Assembly (NCBI GenBank): GCA_964035545.1
Contig: OZ037766.1
Span: 17,137,081 to 17,201,080 of the forward strand
Direction: 5' to 3'
From: Bugula neritina
Lineage: Eukaryota; Animalia; Bryozoa
DNA: 64,000 bases
The position numbers and the translations under genes are program-made. Within the stretch, counting starts at the first letter, position 1, and every line of letters begins with the position of its first letter. Under the pieces are notes generated by a model. It did no database searches, had not been told where the DNA came from, and saw nothing but the letters and a program-made list of their open reading frames with translations. Positions 25,381 to 40,124 of this stretch are shown here, piece by piece.

Positions 25381-28300
25381 ATGCTTGAAACGCCCTATTT
25401 GACTCTAAACAACGGCTGCAAGATGCCCCAGATTGGTCTCGGAACTTGGAAGGTTAGTAAACACTAAAAGTAAATCTGTGAATCAAAATGTCATAGTAAT
25501 ATTAGTTGTGAAGTTTTGATTTTCAGTCAGAATCCACTAGACGGTAGACCCAATATGAATACTCAATAGACAGTCACGATAGTAGATTTAGTGTAGCTGG
25601 CGTCCTTTTTCTTCCCTGACCTTTGGCTTTGGACTTAGCTTTAGCTAGTGAATTCAATTTTTGATCTATAATTGAATATATGCTTTTACTTTTAATTCAA
25701 CGGAAACTTAGTTGATCAATAGCCACCATCATGATAATGATAAACTGATTATCATAATAAATATAATCATAATGATAATTACTTACACTTACACAAGGAC
25801 TGGCCAGAGCCCAAAAAGACAATATCCCCTCAAAATTGCTTTGGGCTTAGCCTTAGCTAGCGAATTTTATTTTTGATCTAAAATAAAATATATGCTTTTA
25901 CTTTTAGTTCAACTGAAACTTAGTTAATCAATACCATAATGATAATGATGATGATAATTTGATTATCATAATATTCATAATCACTTACACTTACACAAGG
26001 ACTGGCCAGAGCCCAAAAAGACAATATCCCCACAAAATTGCTATATCCAAAAAACTACAGCTGGCCAGAGTGGATGGATAGGAAAACGTACAAACTAATA
26101 CAAAAGCGTAGAAGAACCTGGAAAGATTATAAAAAGACTGGTGACACATTTTTTCTACATAAATACCATGTAGAAAGAAGAACTAGTAAAACTGAATTTC
26201 AACGGGGAAAAAATAGAACATCTAGTAGACAAGTTGTGCAAACCACTTCAAAGAGGTAACTCTAAACCTTTCTACAAGCACCTCAAAAATATTAGGTCAA
26301 ATAGCAATTCCAGTATAAAGTTTAATAGTTACAAGGAAAAATTACTGAAGAAGCGACAGAGTGTGCAAACATTCTAAACATGTATTTCCAGAATCAATTC
26401 TGTAAAAATCAGCAACTTTCAAACACTCTTCAACTAGAAACAACTGCTGCAGCACCTATAGAGATAACTATTGAAGATCTCATTAAGTTGATAAATAGTT
26501 CATCAAATGGAAAATCTCCAGGACCCGATGGAACTCGCAAACCAGATTTATTTGTAGATGTCATGATGTCAGCTGTGTGCCTAAAACAGATATTCCAAGC
26601 CTCAATAGACTCAGGAAAGTTACCCGCCCAGTGGAAGCTTGCGTATGTCACCCTAGTGCACAAAGGCGGAGATAAACTGGGAGCAAGTAATTATCGCCCC
26701 ATATCACTTACCAGTATCACATGCAAAATGATGGAACACATGGTACTTCATTATTTGAACCAAACGCTGAATGGTTTTCTCTACAACAGACAACACAGAT
26801 TCAAAAAAGGCAGGTCTTGTGAAACACAACTCTGTGCCACATACCATGAACTAGCAAAAGTTAAGGAAACAATGAAAACGACACATCCTGTGGTACTTGA
26901 TTTCAAGAAGGCTTTTGATAAAGTGCCTCATGCCCTACTAATGCAAAAAATGAACCTAAACCAGAAATACATCCACAACTGGTTAACTAGATTCAAGATT
27001 TTTTGACACATAGAAAACAAAAAGTAGTTATTGAAAGAAAATTTTCCTCGGAGTTAGAAGTGACCTCAGGGGTTTCACAAGGTTCAGTCCTAAGTCCAAC
27101 ACTATTTTTAATATACATTAATGATATCCCACTAAAATTAAACTGCAGTGTAAGCCTTTGTGCTGATGATACGCTATTGTATCAGGCTGTTGACACAAAG
27201 GAAGATGCTGTAAGATTTCAGGACAACATCAATACCATACACAAATGGTCAGTTGATTGGAAAATGCCTCTCAATGAAGGTAAATGCAAAATCATAGTGT
27301 TTGGCAATCAAAATTACAAACCTCTGTACAAGCTAGGTGAAGTAAAGATGTATTAGGTAGACTCAACAACATACTTGGGGGTTGTAATGCAGTCAAACCT
27401 TAAATTTACACTTAAAAAGGATAAGGCCTCAAAAATTCTGGGAGCATTAAACATGTTCTACATGAGGCCCCCAAAGAAGGTAAGGTACTGGCCTACACTA
27501 GTCCGTGACGTCCCATTCTCGAGCATGCAGATACCGTATGGGATTCAACATTGGCTAAAAACATTGAGTCTCCGGAAATGTTACAGGTGAGGTTTGTTGC
27601 TGGATTAAAGGGACGAGAAAGTATCACCGAGACATGCTCTCAGCTTGGCCTTCAGCCTCTCAAGCAGAGACGCAGGGCTAACCGACTCAAAGTCCTCATG
27701 AAAATCTTGCAGGAAGAACAACATTCAATATTAGCAATGGCATACGACGAAATTACTAGAGATTGCCAAAATATGCCAGTAACCACTAGGTCTGCTGCCT
27801 GCGGTGAACTAACATCCATTTATGCAAACTCACAAGTGTACCATAGTAGCTTTTTACCAAGAACCATTAGAGACACCCGAGAGTCCATATAAAAATGTCA
27901 ACACAATTTCCAACCTTTAGCCCACACTGTAAAACAAATGAGGTACTTCTATACCCTTTAGTGTTTCCGAGTGTTCTGTCTTCAAAGGTATTAATGTTTT
28001 AGTCTGTAATTTTTTATTTAGTATTATAAATAATGAATTCATTAGTAATTATTATTATATAATTTTAGTAATTATTTCAATAATATTATTTATTCATTTT
28101 AATAGTATTAGTATTAGTAATAAATTTATCTATTTTAGATTATATACTATTATAAAATTGAATACTACTACTTGTAGTAATTTTTATCAAATAACTTACA
28201 AGTTTTCTAATTATTATTATAATCACTATAAGTTGTAAAGTAAAGTACTTCCAGTTCTACTTCTACTTTCATTGAAATTATATTCATGTTCAAATACGAG

Positions 28301-31300
28301 AGTCGGACTTTGATCATGATCATGCCGGTGATGATCATCATACTGCTGATTATAATACGTACTAAAGTATAACTATAAATATCAGTATGATTTAAAGTTG
28401 ATATGTGACCTGGCACCACAAAACAGAGGATGTATATAAAATTTTGAAAACTTAGTTATTACTCTGGACTGATAGAGCAGACTTTTTCAAACATTTTGCA
28501 CTTTATTTGAAGTTTCTAGCACAAATAGAACTCGAGATATCAGTATTCAAAAACTTGAGCGTTTTTAGAATTTCTATTTTACTGCTTCAAAAAAATCGCG
28601 TTTAAAGTTGGCTACTCTAGAATAAGTTAAGAATTATTTGTTTACAATTTACAAGCTTTAGCAACGGGCTTTTATATTATAGGAATAGTGACAAGTTTGG
28701 TATCAAAATAATTGTGAAAGTTTGGGCTTTCTGGTAAACTATATTTCATGCTGCCTCACCTGAAAATTAGGTTAAATATGGCCGCCAAACCTTTTGTCTA
28801 ATTTATTTGTCAAATCGCTTTTTATATTGTGTAATAGGTCAAACTGCAGTTATTGAGCTGCGCTGTTTCATAGTTATTACTTAATGAGTAGAACACTTAT
28901 AAGAAAACTATTTCGCCATCATGAGATCATGCGAGATTCATTCAGAAATATCTTTATAATCTCTAATGGCAACTACATTTAACAATTGATTTGACTGAGA
29001 TGTTGAAAATATAAACAGAAAACCAGCTATTAGAACTTGTGAGTTTTATTCAGGCATCAACTCTTTCGCGGTCAACTTTGAAGTTACGTAATTTTATGCC
29101 TCGTTTGAGTTTATGGCGAAATTTGCCAACAAATTTTGCACAACTTTCAATTTCATTATTAAAAAGTTATACTTGATTTTGGCCTTAAATAAACTGAGTA
29201 ATAAAATTTTGAGAGTATTTCCTATTATAAAAAGCTTCTTAAAGTGATGGGAGACCTTAATTATAGCTAAAATCAATCATTTTAATTTGATCTCTCAAAA
29301 CCGCCATTTTAAATTGAAAATTCAAAATGATAAAATTAATTTATAATATGATTCAAAATATAGTGACTTTAACATTTCTGTTAATTAATATGTTCTTCTA
29401 AATGTAATCTGAATAAAATAAACTGGCTCTATATAATTTGACAGCAGTTTCTTGCATTTGAAAGTAGTGTTAAAATTTACCGATAATTTTGAAATTTAGG
29501 GATTAAATTGAAAAGCAAATGCTGGCTTGATATCTATTTATTTAATCAACTTTAATGGCTATAATTATCCCCCAATTACTAAGCTGCACCATCAACATTA
29601 ATTTCAAAAACTTTTAGGCTATTCGGTTGAAAACTGGAAGTTTAAAGTAAGCGCTATTATTTATATACGTAAAAGACCATATATGGTCCATTAATCTGTA
29701 GATAGTGTCGCTTTGAGGGACATATATGGTCCATTGATCGCGTGAGGGTTAATATTCACATTTAAAGCATCAAATACATGGTTTTAAAAAAACCAATTAA
29801 ATGCAGTAAAAACTCCAGCCTGAATACAACCATTATGCTTGAATTAATTCTTATCAAGAAAAGAAAATTAGGTAGCTTCTATGGTCCTTGCAAAAAATGC
29901 ACTTTGCATCTTTATACTTCTTTGTTCTTCATAATATGAGTTTACGGAGTATGGACACTTAACATCATATGTGTGGCACAAGCTTCATCGCTATCATCAA
30001 CTGATTTTCCAGCAATTATAGATGCTGCTACTTGACATCCATCTTGCCAATCTGTCAACTTACTGTCTATTTTAGAGATCTGGAAGCACAATGTTGAATA
30101 TTTTTAAATAAAAAAAAACGGTAGCTTGATAAGAAATTATACCCAGTTATATTATAAAAATTTAGTTGGTTAAACACTCGTAGTACTATTATGGCAGCAG
30201 TTGATTGTGATTCTGCATTTTACCAACATTTAAATTTATTGAATTAAACAAAACAATTTAAATCAAAAAAATTCTTGAAAAATTTTACGCACAATAAAAA
30301 ACTGCAAACCTTTTTATGAATGAAATAGGCCGACATCATAACCTTGCAAGCCAAAACTCTGAGTGTCTACATTAGAAGTATTAGATTGGTAGGTAGTTGA
30401 GTTGTGTAGGTACAAGTCTTCACTCTGATGCCCTTACAAGTCCACTTTCTAAAATTTGCAGAATATCGGATTATTCAATACTAACATAGTATTATCAGCA
30501 AAAGATTACATATTATACACTTAATTATCTAGCATATCTGTAATTGGCAATATTGAAGCAATGTCTTTCAATAACTATTAACCACCCAGGCATTTGATTC
30601 AGTAAAAAAAGCTAGCTAAGCGCAACTGAATCTATTATTTGATATTACTACTAAGGTAAATATTAATAGGTAACAGTATGTATTTAATGATATCACTATC
30701 TGCTGCCCCTATGAGTATGCTATCACTATCACAGTAACTATTGCTATCACTTTGTAATTGCTAACTCTAATATTGATTTGTTAAGACAGTCACAGTGTCA
30801 GTATGAAGAATGAAAATTTCTATGGTTTTTCACTTAGGATTAATACTTCTTGTAAACAGTATCAGTATGAGTATAAATATAAAATTTACAGTAAGTATTA
30901 ACTATTGATAATAAATTACCCTAACTGTGAAGGGCGGGAGACAATGTGCTTTCAATAATTCATATGTGGGTGATTTTACTTTATTTAGTACACATCAGCA
31001 AAATATCACTAAAAATTACAGTTTGCTCAAAATTCGTGAAGTTTGTTATATGAAGTAATTTTATGCCTGGTTCCAACTATGCATGGCGAAAAAGGCTAGG
31101 AGGGGGCCTGCAACATTAAAGCGCACCGTCATTCATCATTGTCGTATGCTAAACTTTGTATATATATAAATACCAACCGCCATGAAAAAAAACCCATCAC
31201 AAAAATAAAAAAACATAGATTAGGAAATCTAAAATAACTGTAATCTTGCAAGCTAGTTGGTTTGTTGTAGTCAAAACCAGGAGAGGTGTGTAATGCTGTG

Positions 31301-34300
31301 AAGTATGCTATCAGCATTGGTTATAGGAGCATTGATTGTGCGTATATTTATGGAAATGAAAAGGAAGTGGGTGAAGCCGTAAGAGCGAAAATGGCAGATG
31401 GGACAGTTAAAAGAGAAGATTTGTTCATCACTTCAAAGGTAGTATTGATTTATAATTATAAAAGTTCCTGGTGTCGGTAAATAAATTTAGCTTTTGAAGA
31501 ATATTTATACTTTTATAAAAGTAATATTGTCATTAAAACTAGTTCAACTTATTGATTCAGTGGCATAATTGATTTTGTTGGCCTTTTTACTCTAGTATAT
31601 CAGAACTGGTCTAATCAGTTGAGCACCATTTTTCCCAAATTATGGCGACATCTGAAAAAATTAATCTGTAATGGCCAATTTGTGCTCAATACTAGTTTCC
31701 AGACATAGTTGAATTTAGATTTAGCTGACTTTTCTTTCTTCCTTTTTGCTGTTTTAAACTTGCAATGGCCTAGCATATTTAACGCCAATTTATACTGTCA
31801 CAAAATGTAAACCAATCTTTTACAAATAATCTTTGTTTTGTTTTCTCTCAAGATTGTAAAAAGTTTAGTCTAGCAGAAGATCAGATAAAGACATCATTTA
31901 TAGAGATGTGAGCGTTAGATAAAAGTTTTTCTATTCAATTGATATCTAGTTGCACTGCTGGTCTAGCAGCTAGTCTTGAAACATGCAGTGTTTTTGACAA
32001 TATGACAACAGGTGCTAAATTATTTTGAAGTATTGTTCCAGCTTATCTGTTCTTTTGTTTATTGTAGAAAAGATTTATGAAATGTTTCACATTTTTAATT
32101 GCACATACTCTTTGTACATATCTACTTTGATTTTAGCGTTGAGTGTTTTGCGTTATAAATTGGTCTGTTCTATTCAGGTTTGGAATGCATATCACCGAAG
32201 AGATCTTGTTGCCAAAAATCTGGATGTGTCACTGGAGCGGCTTGGCTTAGAGTACATTGACTTATATCTCATTCACTGGCCAATAGGAGTTAAGGTTTGT
32301 GTTACATTCTTGTGTAGGCTGGGAAAGCAGTGGGGGGGATTTTACTAGAAAATAATGGATCAACTGTTTCCCATTAATCTGGTATGTCTGGCTGTCATAG
32401 TTCTTGCTGGCATTTAGTTAATACCAGCTGTTTGACTCAAATCTATAAATTTGAACCTTAGTTTATAATACTAGTTGTGAACTATGCTCTTCTCAACTTC
32501 AAACAAGCCCACAATGTTTCTTGTAGCAACATGTAGCCTATAGTGGTGCACATGCTGTTGCATCTTAGTTGCTATTTTACAATACTATATTATGTTCTTG
32601 CTCTAAACTTAGAATGTGTTCTAAAAAGTTCAAATTATTGAACAGATCATGCTAGCTGTATAACATTTGATATTTACTGTAAAATATTTTGCGCCCAAGG
32701 TTTTTCTGTTACTGTCATTATCTAAAAGCATAGCCTGTACCAGGCCAATATATAATTTGGGTTTGGTGATTTAAATGTGACTTTATGGCTACAATGTTGA
32801 TTAATTGTGTTGGGCTAATGTTTGTTGATATGAGGCTACCCAGTCCCTCTCTACTATTACACTCACACTGAGTGAGTCTGCAAGCTATTTTGAGGGTTAA
32901 ACTTATACATGTGAACAAACTGTCTGAGTTTAAACTTAACAAACTCATATTTATTGCTGTTCACTGGTGATGCTCAGGGGCTTAGTAAGCTGAAGCACGG
33001 TGTGTCCCCAGCCATTAAGTACACTGGCTGTCACATTCTGACCATAAACTAAAACGCTGGGTGAGCTAGCTGGCACATTAAGGGTGAAAATTATCACCTT
33101 GGCTAGCTGTATTGGGTCTACAGGCATAGCTGTGAGTTTAATTGGGGTGCGATAGATTTTTATAACTGTTATTAGGAAGACGCTGGCGACTTCCCTAAAG
33201 ACCCGAATGGAAAGTTCTATTACTCTGACACCCACTTTCTGGACACTTGGAAGGTATTGTATATGTGTAAATGTATATATTGTATATGTGTGTATATATG
33301 TGTATTATGTAGCCTATATACTATATATATTTAAAACTGGCTTGGAGTTATCCTCAGTGAAATATCACTAACCTGCCAACCCATGACTCAGGCCAAAATT
33401 TCTATTTACTCTGGCAATTATTTGAAATTGCTTAAGTTAATTAACTTTGAAGTCTGTGATGATGTGCATGTTGTAGTATCTTGCACATGTTTCGTAACAT
33501 GGTAATGTTAAACTAATTACTTCATTTTATACAGATCTGACAGGTTTTCTCAAGTTTATTTAACTCTTCATATGTTCCTTTTACTTTATTCAGCACTCAA
33601 CCTAGTTATCATGAGGAGACAAAATGTCTGAGTTGTAACACACGTGAAGTATTTCAATAACCACAAAATAACCTTTCTTGTTATTTTTCCTAATATTTAC
33701 CAAGAAAAACTGTGTTTATAAAATTATTGCATTTTTATTTATGTGAATAATGCTAAATAATACAGTAGTTATAACCCAGCGTTGTGTTTTGAATGTTCTA
33801 TCTTGCAGTGCATGTTTTGTGTAAGATACCATGTAGCTCATATTTTTGAGAATATTGAATATATGTATTAATTATCTTATATGTAACTGGAAGTAATTGT
33901 ATCTGAGAGTGCCAACATTGCATCATATACTGGTTGTAGGGTATGGAGGATGCGGTAGATGCTGGTAAGGTGAAGTCCATAGGTCTGTCTAATTTCAACA
34001 GTGCTCAGATACAAGAAGTAATTGATGCTGCTAGAATTAAGCCAGTCAACTTACAGGTACATCTTTGATGTTGTCTTTATATTACTGTAATTATCACTAT
34101 TTATACGTTCAACTGGTAGATTGTTTATTGGCCAGTTTGCCATACTCTATATCTATTCTTGTTGGCTTCAGCTCAATATGAAACCTCTTTATTTCAGCAA
34201 TACACCAGGTATACATGGTTTAAAAGGATTCGCCTTAGAATTACATTAAATAAGTAGAGTTTCCCCTTTTCCTCGAATTTGTGTCCAAATTAATCAGCCG

Positions 34301-37300
34301 TATAATTCTTTCATATTGCCTCATAATATAAACAAACATAACCAACAACAGCCCAGTTTGAGTTCATATAAACTACATTTCCAAATAGACAAGGTGTACC
34401 ATGCAGACCATGCTGAGAATATTGCTGTTACGTGATACACACACTATACTTGTAGATTGAGTTGAACCCCTATCTCAACCAGATGAAGCTGGTGGAGTTC
34501 TGCAAGGAGAGAGGTATCACAGTAACAGCTTACTCCCCTCTAGGATCTGGTGATAGGCCGTGGTATGTGTCTTAGGCACTTCCTTCGTGTCTGGTTCTCT
34601 TGTTTTGTACTTTTCTAAATTATTCTTCATACTTACCATTATTCTTCATACTTACCATTATTCTTCATACTTACCATTATTCTTCATACTTACCAGAAGT
34701 TTTAGAATGCCTACAATGTATACCATATAGGTAGTTGCCATAGTATAGTAAGCTACTAAAATTGTTCTCAAATATTGTTTTACATCAAGTGCTACATTAC
34801 AAACAATAAGTTGCTAAGGAACTAAGACCAAAATAATTCGCAAAGGATGAGCATCCTACAGCAAACTATAAATTTACAAATACAAAATTATAACCAGCAC
34901 ATGTACATTCAACTTCAAACTCAAAAGTTTAAACTTGAAGAATTTTCACACATATCTTGGCCATCATCTACAGACAACTTAACAGCTCTACTGATTTACC
35001 AAACCAGACTGTAAATAGAAGTGCTGTTGGTTAGACATTGGTGAAATGCAACCCAGCAATAACTTATCTGAAGTTTTCCTCGTTTGGGTATCCATTGAAT
35101 TATATTAAGAGTAGCAGGATATGTACACCAAGTTACCCTAAGTAAGCCGTGTGTGGTCATATTTTAATCTAAACAGCTTATGCTTTCTCTATAATTTGCA
35201 CTGCAAATATATTATTTTCTACTGCCAGGTTACTGAACAGCAAAAAGTTATTATATGTGGTCTAAACTCAAATTACACAATTGCAATATGAATTTAATTC
35301 AATTTTATTTAATTTTGCATCTGGCTCTGTGTTGTATTTATTCTTGGCTAATGATACTGTACGGATAATGACTAACAGTATCACAGTGCATAAGCATTTC
35401 TGAGAATATTTGGAGCAGACTCAAACCGAAACTGCTCAATTAAAGTAGTTGGGCTATTAATCTTAACTCTATTAAGATTAATATGATATTCATCACAACA
35501 ATAATACTATGAGCTACAGACCACAGTAAGAGTGTGGAGTTAAGCAGATTGTGTGATAGAGTTGAGCCTAACAAGGAGGGACTACTGGTCAACAATTTAT
35601 TAATAGTTCTCATTTATAAATAGAGTAGCACAATTGGGTATGCACTTGAGAGTATTTATAGAATGCCGCATAAATAGTTTACCGCCCATTGAATTGAGCA
35701 AAAAAGTTTTTTTACATGGTTATAACTTAATGAAATAAGGAAATATAAGTAACTTTGACTATTGGTATTTACAGCAGGGTAATTTCATTTGTTTTTCTCT
35801 CTCATCAGCATGTGAACCATTTGTTTTAATGATTAAATTATGGAACCAATTTAGTTGGGCAGCTTGTCATCAAGATGTGTGTCAATATTTTAATACTAAA
35901 TAATGCAACATGTGACAGGTTCTTTTATAAAATATGGCTTTTTAGACTATTAGTATGTGTTGAGTATTTTGAAGACTCAAAATGTGCTAATTAAAGTGGG
36001 ATTTGCACTATTAATATACAGTGCAATGCCCTCCTGGATACTATGTTGCACTGTTAATCTTACACAAAATTGTTGATTTTGCTTAACTTTTTCTACTCCC
36101 ACACCAATGTTACTTTGCATAACAAACTTCAAAACAGTCATGCTGTGCTATCAAAAGTTTGATTTATCTCAGGGCTAAACCTACAGACCCTAAGCTGCTC
36201 GAGGATCCTAAGATTGTGGCCATAGCTGAAAAAGTGAATCGAACACCAGCTCAGGTAAAGTTACTAGCAACATGTACCTTAGTTTGTCTATTTCACTGAC
36301 TAAGCCCTAAGGTAATGGTGTGGAGTTTGTAGCTTCATTGTATATTTGCTCTTTTACCAGGTTGTTTTGAACTGGTCCATCAGGAGAGGTGTTGCTGTCA
36401 TCCCTAAAAGTGTGACAGAGTCTAGGATTCTCTCAAACTTCCAGGTAACCTTGACCTCTAAGACTTGTAGTAACTAGCAATTGGTGCTTGAATTGATACT
36501 TTAAATGTAAATCTTGACAAGTTCTCACACAACTATTTTTTAATGATCTTATGCCTTTTTATTCATGTTGGCTTTTTAAAATTGATTGCCATTATTGTTG
36601 ATATGTAGTTGATATAGGTTGTATATTTTATGACCAATGCAAGTTTATTAGCTTTTGTTTGTTAAACACTTAGTAATAGGTATCGTGAGTTGAGATAGAG
36701 CAGTTTAATTTTGCTTTATTGCAACCTAATATGTGGTTCGGAGCAATTTATTTTCATATTGCAGGAAAATAATATTTACCATTGACAAGATATAGAAGTA
36801 TGGTGATAAATAGTTACTAGTTCATAGGGTTTCATATAATGTCGTGACTAGTAAAATTAGCTGATGGATGATTATTAAAATTTAAATTATGAGTTTCATA
36901 GATTTAAGACAGTGACACCAGGCTTTTATTTATGTCCGTTACTGAACATGATATTTTCAACTTATTTGTCTCTTAGATTTTTTCTTAATATTGTAAGATT
37001 CATCTAAATATTTTTGGTATTTGAAAGAAAACACATTGATAGATTTTATGTCAATTTTCTCATTAACAGTGAAGGTTTGTCGGTTACTGTTCTTTATTTT
37101 CAACAGATATTTGACTTCAGTCTAACTGACGATGATATGCTTGTACTTCAATCTTTTGATGGAGGTGACAAGTTTCGGTCCTGTGTCCTTGAATGGTAAG
37201 TGCTTTTCTTCTATCAGTCTTCTCCCATGGTACCTATAGTGTGAGCAATAGTTTGAAATTTTTTCCATTGAAGTTACTGGAAATCGTGGATTAACCGTGG

Positions 37301-37970
37301 CTCACAGTAACATTATGTAACTTATAATTGCATTAAGTTGAGAATGGCTGTTGTGAAGGGAAATCAAGACACCATATATAGGATTTATTTTAACTCGCTC
37401 ATTATAGTAACACTTGTAGTAGACTAATTCTACCAATATCTCTCTATCAGATTGTATAACATCAAATACTTCTACCTTTGTAACAACCTACTTGGTTAAT
37501 AGAAAAATGATGATTTCCTCATGATTCCCAAAGAAAAATATCTAGATTTTGAAGTTGCAGGCTTTTAATCAAATCTATTTGTGGTGAGCTACTAGGTTAA
37601 ATTGTAGTGCCAAAGCACTATTCTATTCACTAATCCTATGTTTAACATCTTTACCATTGTACATTCTTGGGGAAGTTTAAAATTAATCTATACTGTACTA
37701 AAATATCCAGGAATATTGTGGCTATCAAGTTAAATACTACTTCAGATTTATATAATAAATAAAATGTATTTATTCTTATGATACATTTTGTACATTTTTG
37801 TCTTTTAATTAATCTGACCAATTGTTGTATTTGAATTGTAGCTGTGATTCCTCGGCATAATTTAATGCTAAGTAAATGTAGTTAGGCAGCTCTGCCTCAA
37901 ATTATCTCCTATTTTCTGATGTTGCAGGGTTAGTGACCATCCACTTTATCCTTTCCATATACCATTCTAA
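25381..37970 (+). CDS. Aldo-keto reductase family 1 (AKR1A/1B-like), 318 aa, 10 exons
   Basis: Exons 25381-25452, 31271-31438, 32178-32294, 33176-33253, 33940-34056, 34456-34562, 36173-36254, 36361-36444, 37107-37195, 37928-37970 (957 nt, all GT-AG, frame intact). LNNG..MP.IGLGTW, catalytic D/Y/K/H ([19 protein letters not shown]), IGLSNFN, AYSPLGS, IPKS. Confidence 0.96.
25627..26042. repeat. About 210-bp tandem duplication (2 units) at the 5' junction of the LINE
   Basis: Units ~25627-25840 and ~25841-26042 both end in ACAAGGACTGGCCAGAGCCCAAAAAGACAATATCCCC.CAAAATTGCT. Confidence 0.85.
26000..27990 (+). mobile_element. 5'-truncated decayed LINE (CR1/L2-group RT) in AKR intron 1
   Basis: Frameshifted ORFs 26038-27892 with [39 protein letters not shown] and (Y>C)ADD RT motifs. 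Confidence 0.93.
28404..30635 (+). mobile_element. DNA transposon copy 1 (TGTGACC.. TIR family), right end not found; carries a nested insertion
   Basis: Colinear with 47155-48850 over about 1.5 kb once 29061-29748 is removed. Confidence 0.85.
29061..29748. mobile_element. Non-autonomous piggyBac-like element nested at a TTAA site
   Basis: Absent from the sister copy, where the site reads GGCATTAATATT; flanked by TCAA/TTAA; TIRs CTCTTTCGCGGTCAA / TTGATCGCGTGAGGG; subterminal repeats CATATATGGTCCATT. Confidence 0.8.
34618..34695. repeat. 19-bp minisatellite x4 (ATTATTCTTCATACTTACC) in AKR intron 6
   Basis: Direct tandem units. Confidence 0.9.
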
Positions 37971-38519
37971 CATGAAGAAAGCAAAGTCACAGCCCCCAAT
38001 TTAGCAACAATCAGCCATAGAACTGCTTTTCTGTGCTGTTTGCTTGCTAACTTTAATTGCGAAAGAAATTGGGGTTTTCTATTGCACTGTATACATCTGT
38101 TTAAGTGTAAAACCTGATTTTGCAAATATTTTGAGGTTTTATATGCTAGTGGTGTTTATAATGTGCAGGAGAGTTTTGATACATTTGTATATACAACTTT
38201 TGCTAAAAATACATGTTGTGAAGTGGAAACCATAACTAAAAATGTGATATTGCTCATAATCCCCATAGTTATTGCTTACAAGAAAGCAACAAAAAACTTT
38301 GAAATATAAAAATTATCAGTGATATTCTCCGAAGAAACTTGCATGCTAATGTCAATGATTTTAATCAACATATTTTTTAGCATTGTTGTTATAGTACTTC
38401 CATAGTATTACAATGGCTATTGTATATGCTGAATTGTTGTATTTATAGTCATCTAGAGATAACATGAAATCTGCTTCCAAATATAAGTGCTTCTTTAGAA
38501 GATATATTTTTATATAACA

Positions 38520-39152
38520 GCTTCATTAGAGTCGTGTCCGTGTGTTCAGGGTGTAGGTGGATTGGTCCTTGCACTTACTGGTCTCTTCTTGAAAAGTTAT
38601 GTTTTCCTAGAACTCTCTGTAATTTTACACGTCATATTAGGCATTCAAGAGTAGCCTAGCTTGATCGAGTGTATTTTTGGTCAAAAGATTTTCAGGTTTG
38701 GTGCGGGGAAACTTTAGTTATTTGTTATATTGACGAATCGGTTTTGTATATAAGTTGTTATATGCCTTATTGTAATGATTGTGTAAGGAATCATTTGTAT
38801 GTATCGAAAGTGCAACTCTTCTGCTACTTCTCTATTATTGTGAAACGTAGCGTCTCTTCTATACTCGGCCTGACAGCACTTTCTAAGCTAATAACGTATG
38901 CTGTGAACAAAGGCAGGACTACTTAATTAGAGCCAATAGCTAGTGCGATTGGATAGCCGGCAGTCAGGCAGTAGATTAGCTATGGTTAGGTTGTGTTCGC
39001 TCTGTCTGAAATTATGTAATGTGTTTATAGTTGATGTATAGTTTTACTTGCGTATCTTTGCGTTAAATAAACGCATTATAATCTACTTTAACTTGGCAGC
39101 ATTACGTTACTTTAAATACCCAGCAATTGGTGAATGCACAGTTTAACAACAT
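38520..39152 (+). mobile_element. LTR-like interspersed repeat
   Basis: Homology to ~15335-15760; CCAAT and AATAAA motifs; boundaries approximate, no clear TSD. Confidence 0.4.
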
Positions 39153-40023
39153 TATATTGTAGGGAGAAGTTATAACCGCTGTTGTTTAGGGCTTTCTGTT
39201 GAAGCATTTTTTATTTGATTTTAGAGTAAAAATAAGAATATCTTTCACTTTTTAGCATATTGCAAACCAGCTTACATTCCAGTTGTAGTTTATTAAAGCA
39301 AAACCAGGAACGTGCTAATATAATTATTATAGTTATTTAGCTCTGTGACTATGCAACGAACATCAATCCTGCGTTACACTTCTTATTAATTTCACAAATT
39401 TGGTCTATTCTATGACAGGCAGTGTAGGGCAACTCCCATCAACTAAAATTAAGTCGAGTTCGGTCAATATAGCGTTATTTCCAGAGTGGTCTTTCCAATC
39501 AATGAACTGCTATTTTCCAATTCAGTATTTCCGATCAAAAAGCAATCCAATCAAAAGCACAGCACTAGTTATTACCCCTTAACCTTTTCATAGAAAAGGA
39601 CATAAAGCCAACTTACTTTACTACCATCATTCTCTATTTAGTCAGGCTTAAAATTCAACTCCCAAATGCTTTCTATTTTTGTACGCCTTGTTCACAGTGA
39701 CTCTACCCTGCGTTTGTTTTTAATTAAATACCATTACAGTTAAAGTTTCTGTTATTGTTAGTATTTGAGTTTAATCATAATTGATAATGCTTACAGCTGA
39801 AGTAATTGAAGAGTTATACTAATGCTTATACTAATACTAATAGTAATACTTATAGTTATACTTATAGTTATGCGTAATCTTATGGAGTTAATGTTAAACT
39901 AAAACTTATAGTTATAGAACTCATTATATTATCATTATGATTATGGGTTAATTGATAGGAATATAAATATAATTATGATTATAAATTATTAATTTAAATT
40001 ATGGTTATCATATTCATAATCAT

Positions 40024-40124
40024 TGATGATATTGATTACTCATCATAATACTAATACTAATAGTCATTATGATAATGACTATTACTATTAGTATTAGTAT
40101 TATGATGAGTAATCAATATCATCA
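40024..40124. repeat. Near-perfect inverted repeat with a 6-bp duplication in one arm
   Basis: Left arm 40024-40070; right arm 40072-40124 is its reverse complement plus an extra ACTATT. Confidence 0.9.

Noticed and set aside
34618-34695. U1 snRNA copies (ATACTTACC)
   Set aside because: Only the 9-nt U1 5' end matches, within a 19-bp tandem repeat; no U1 body follows.
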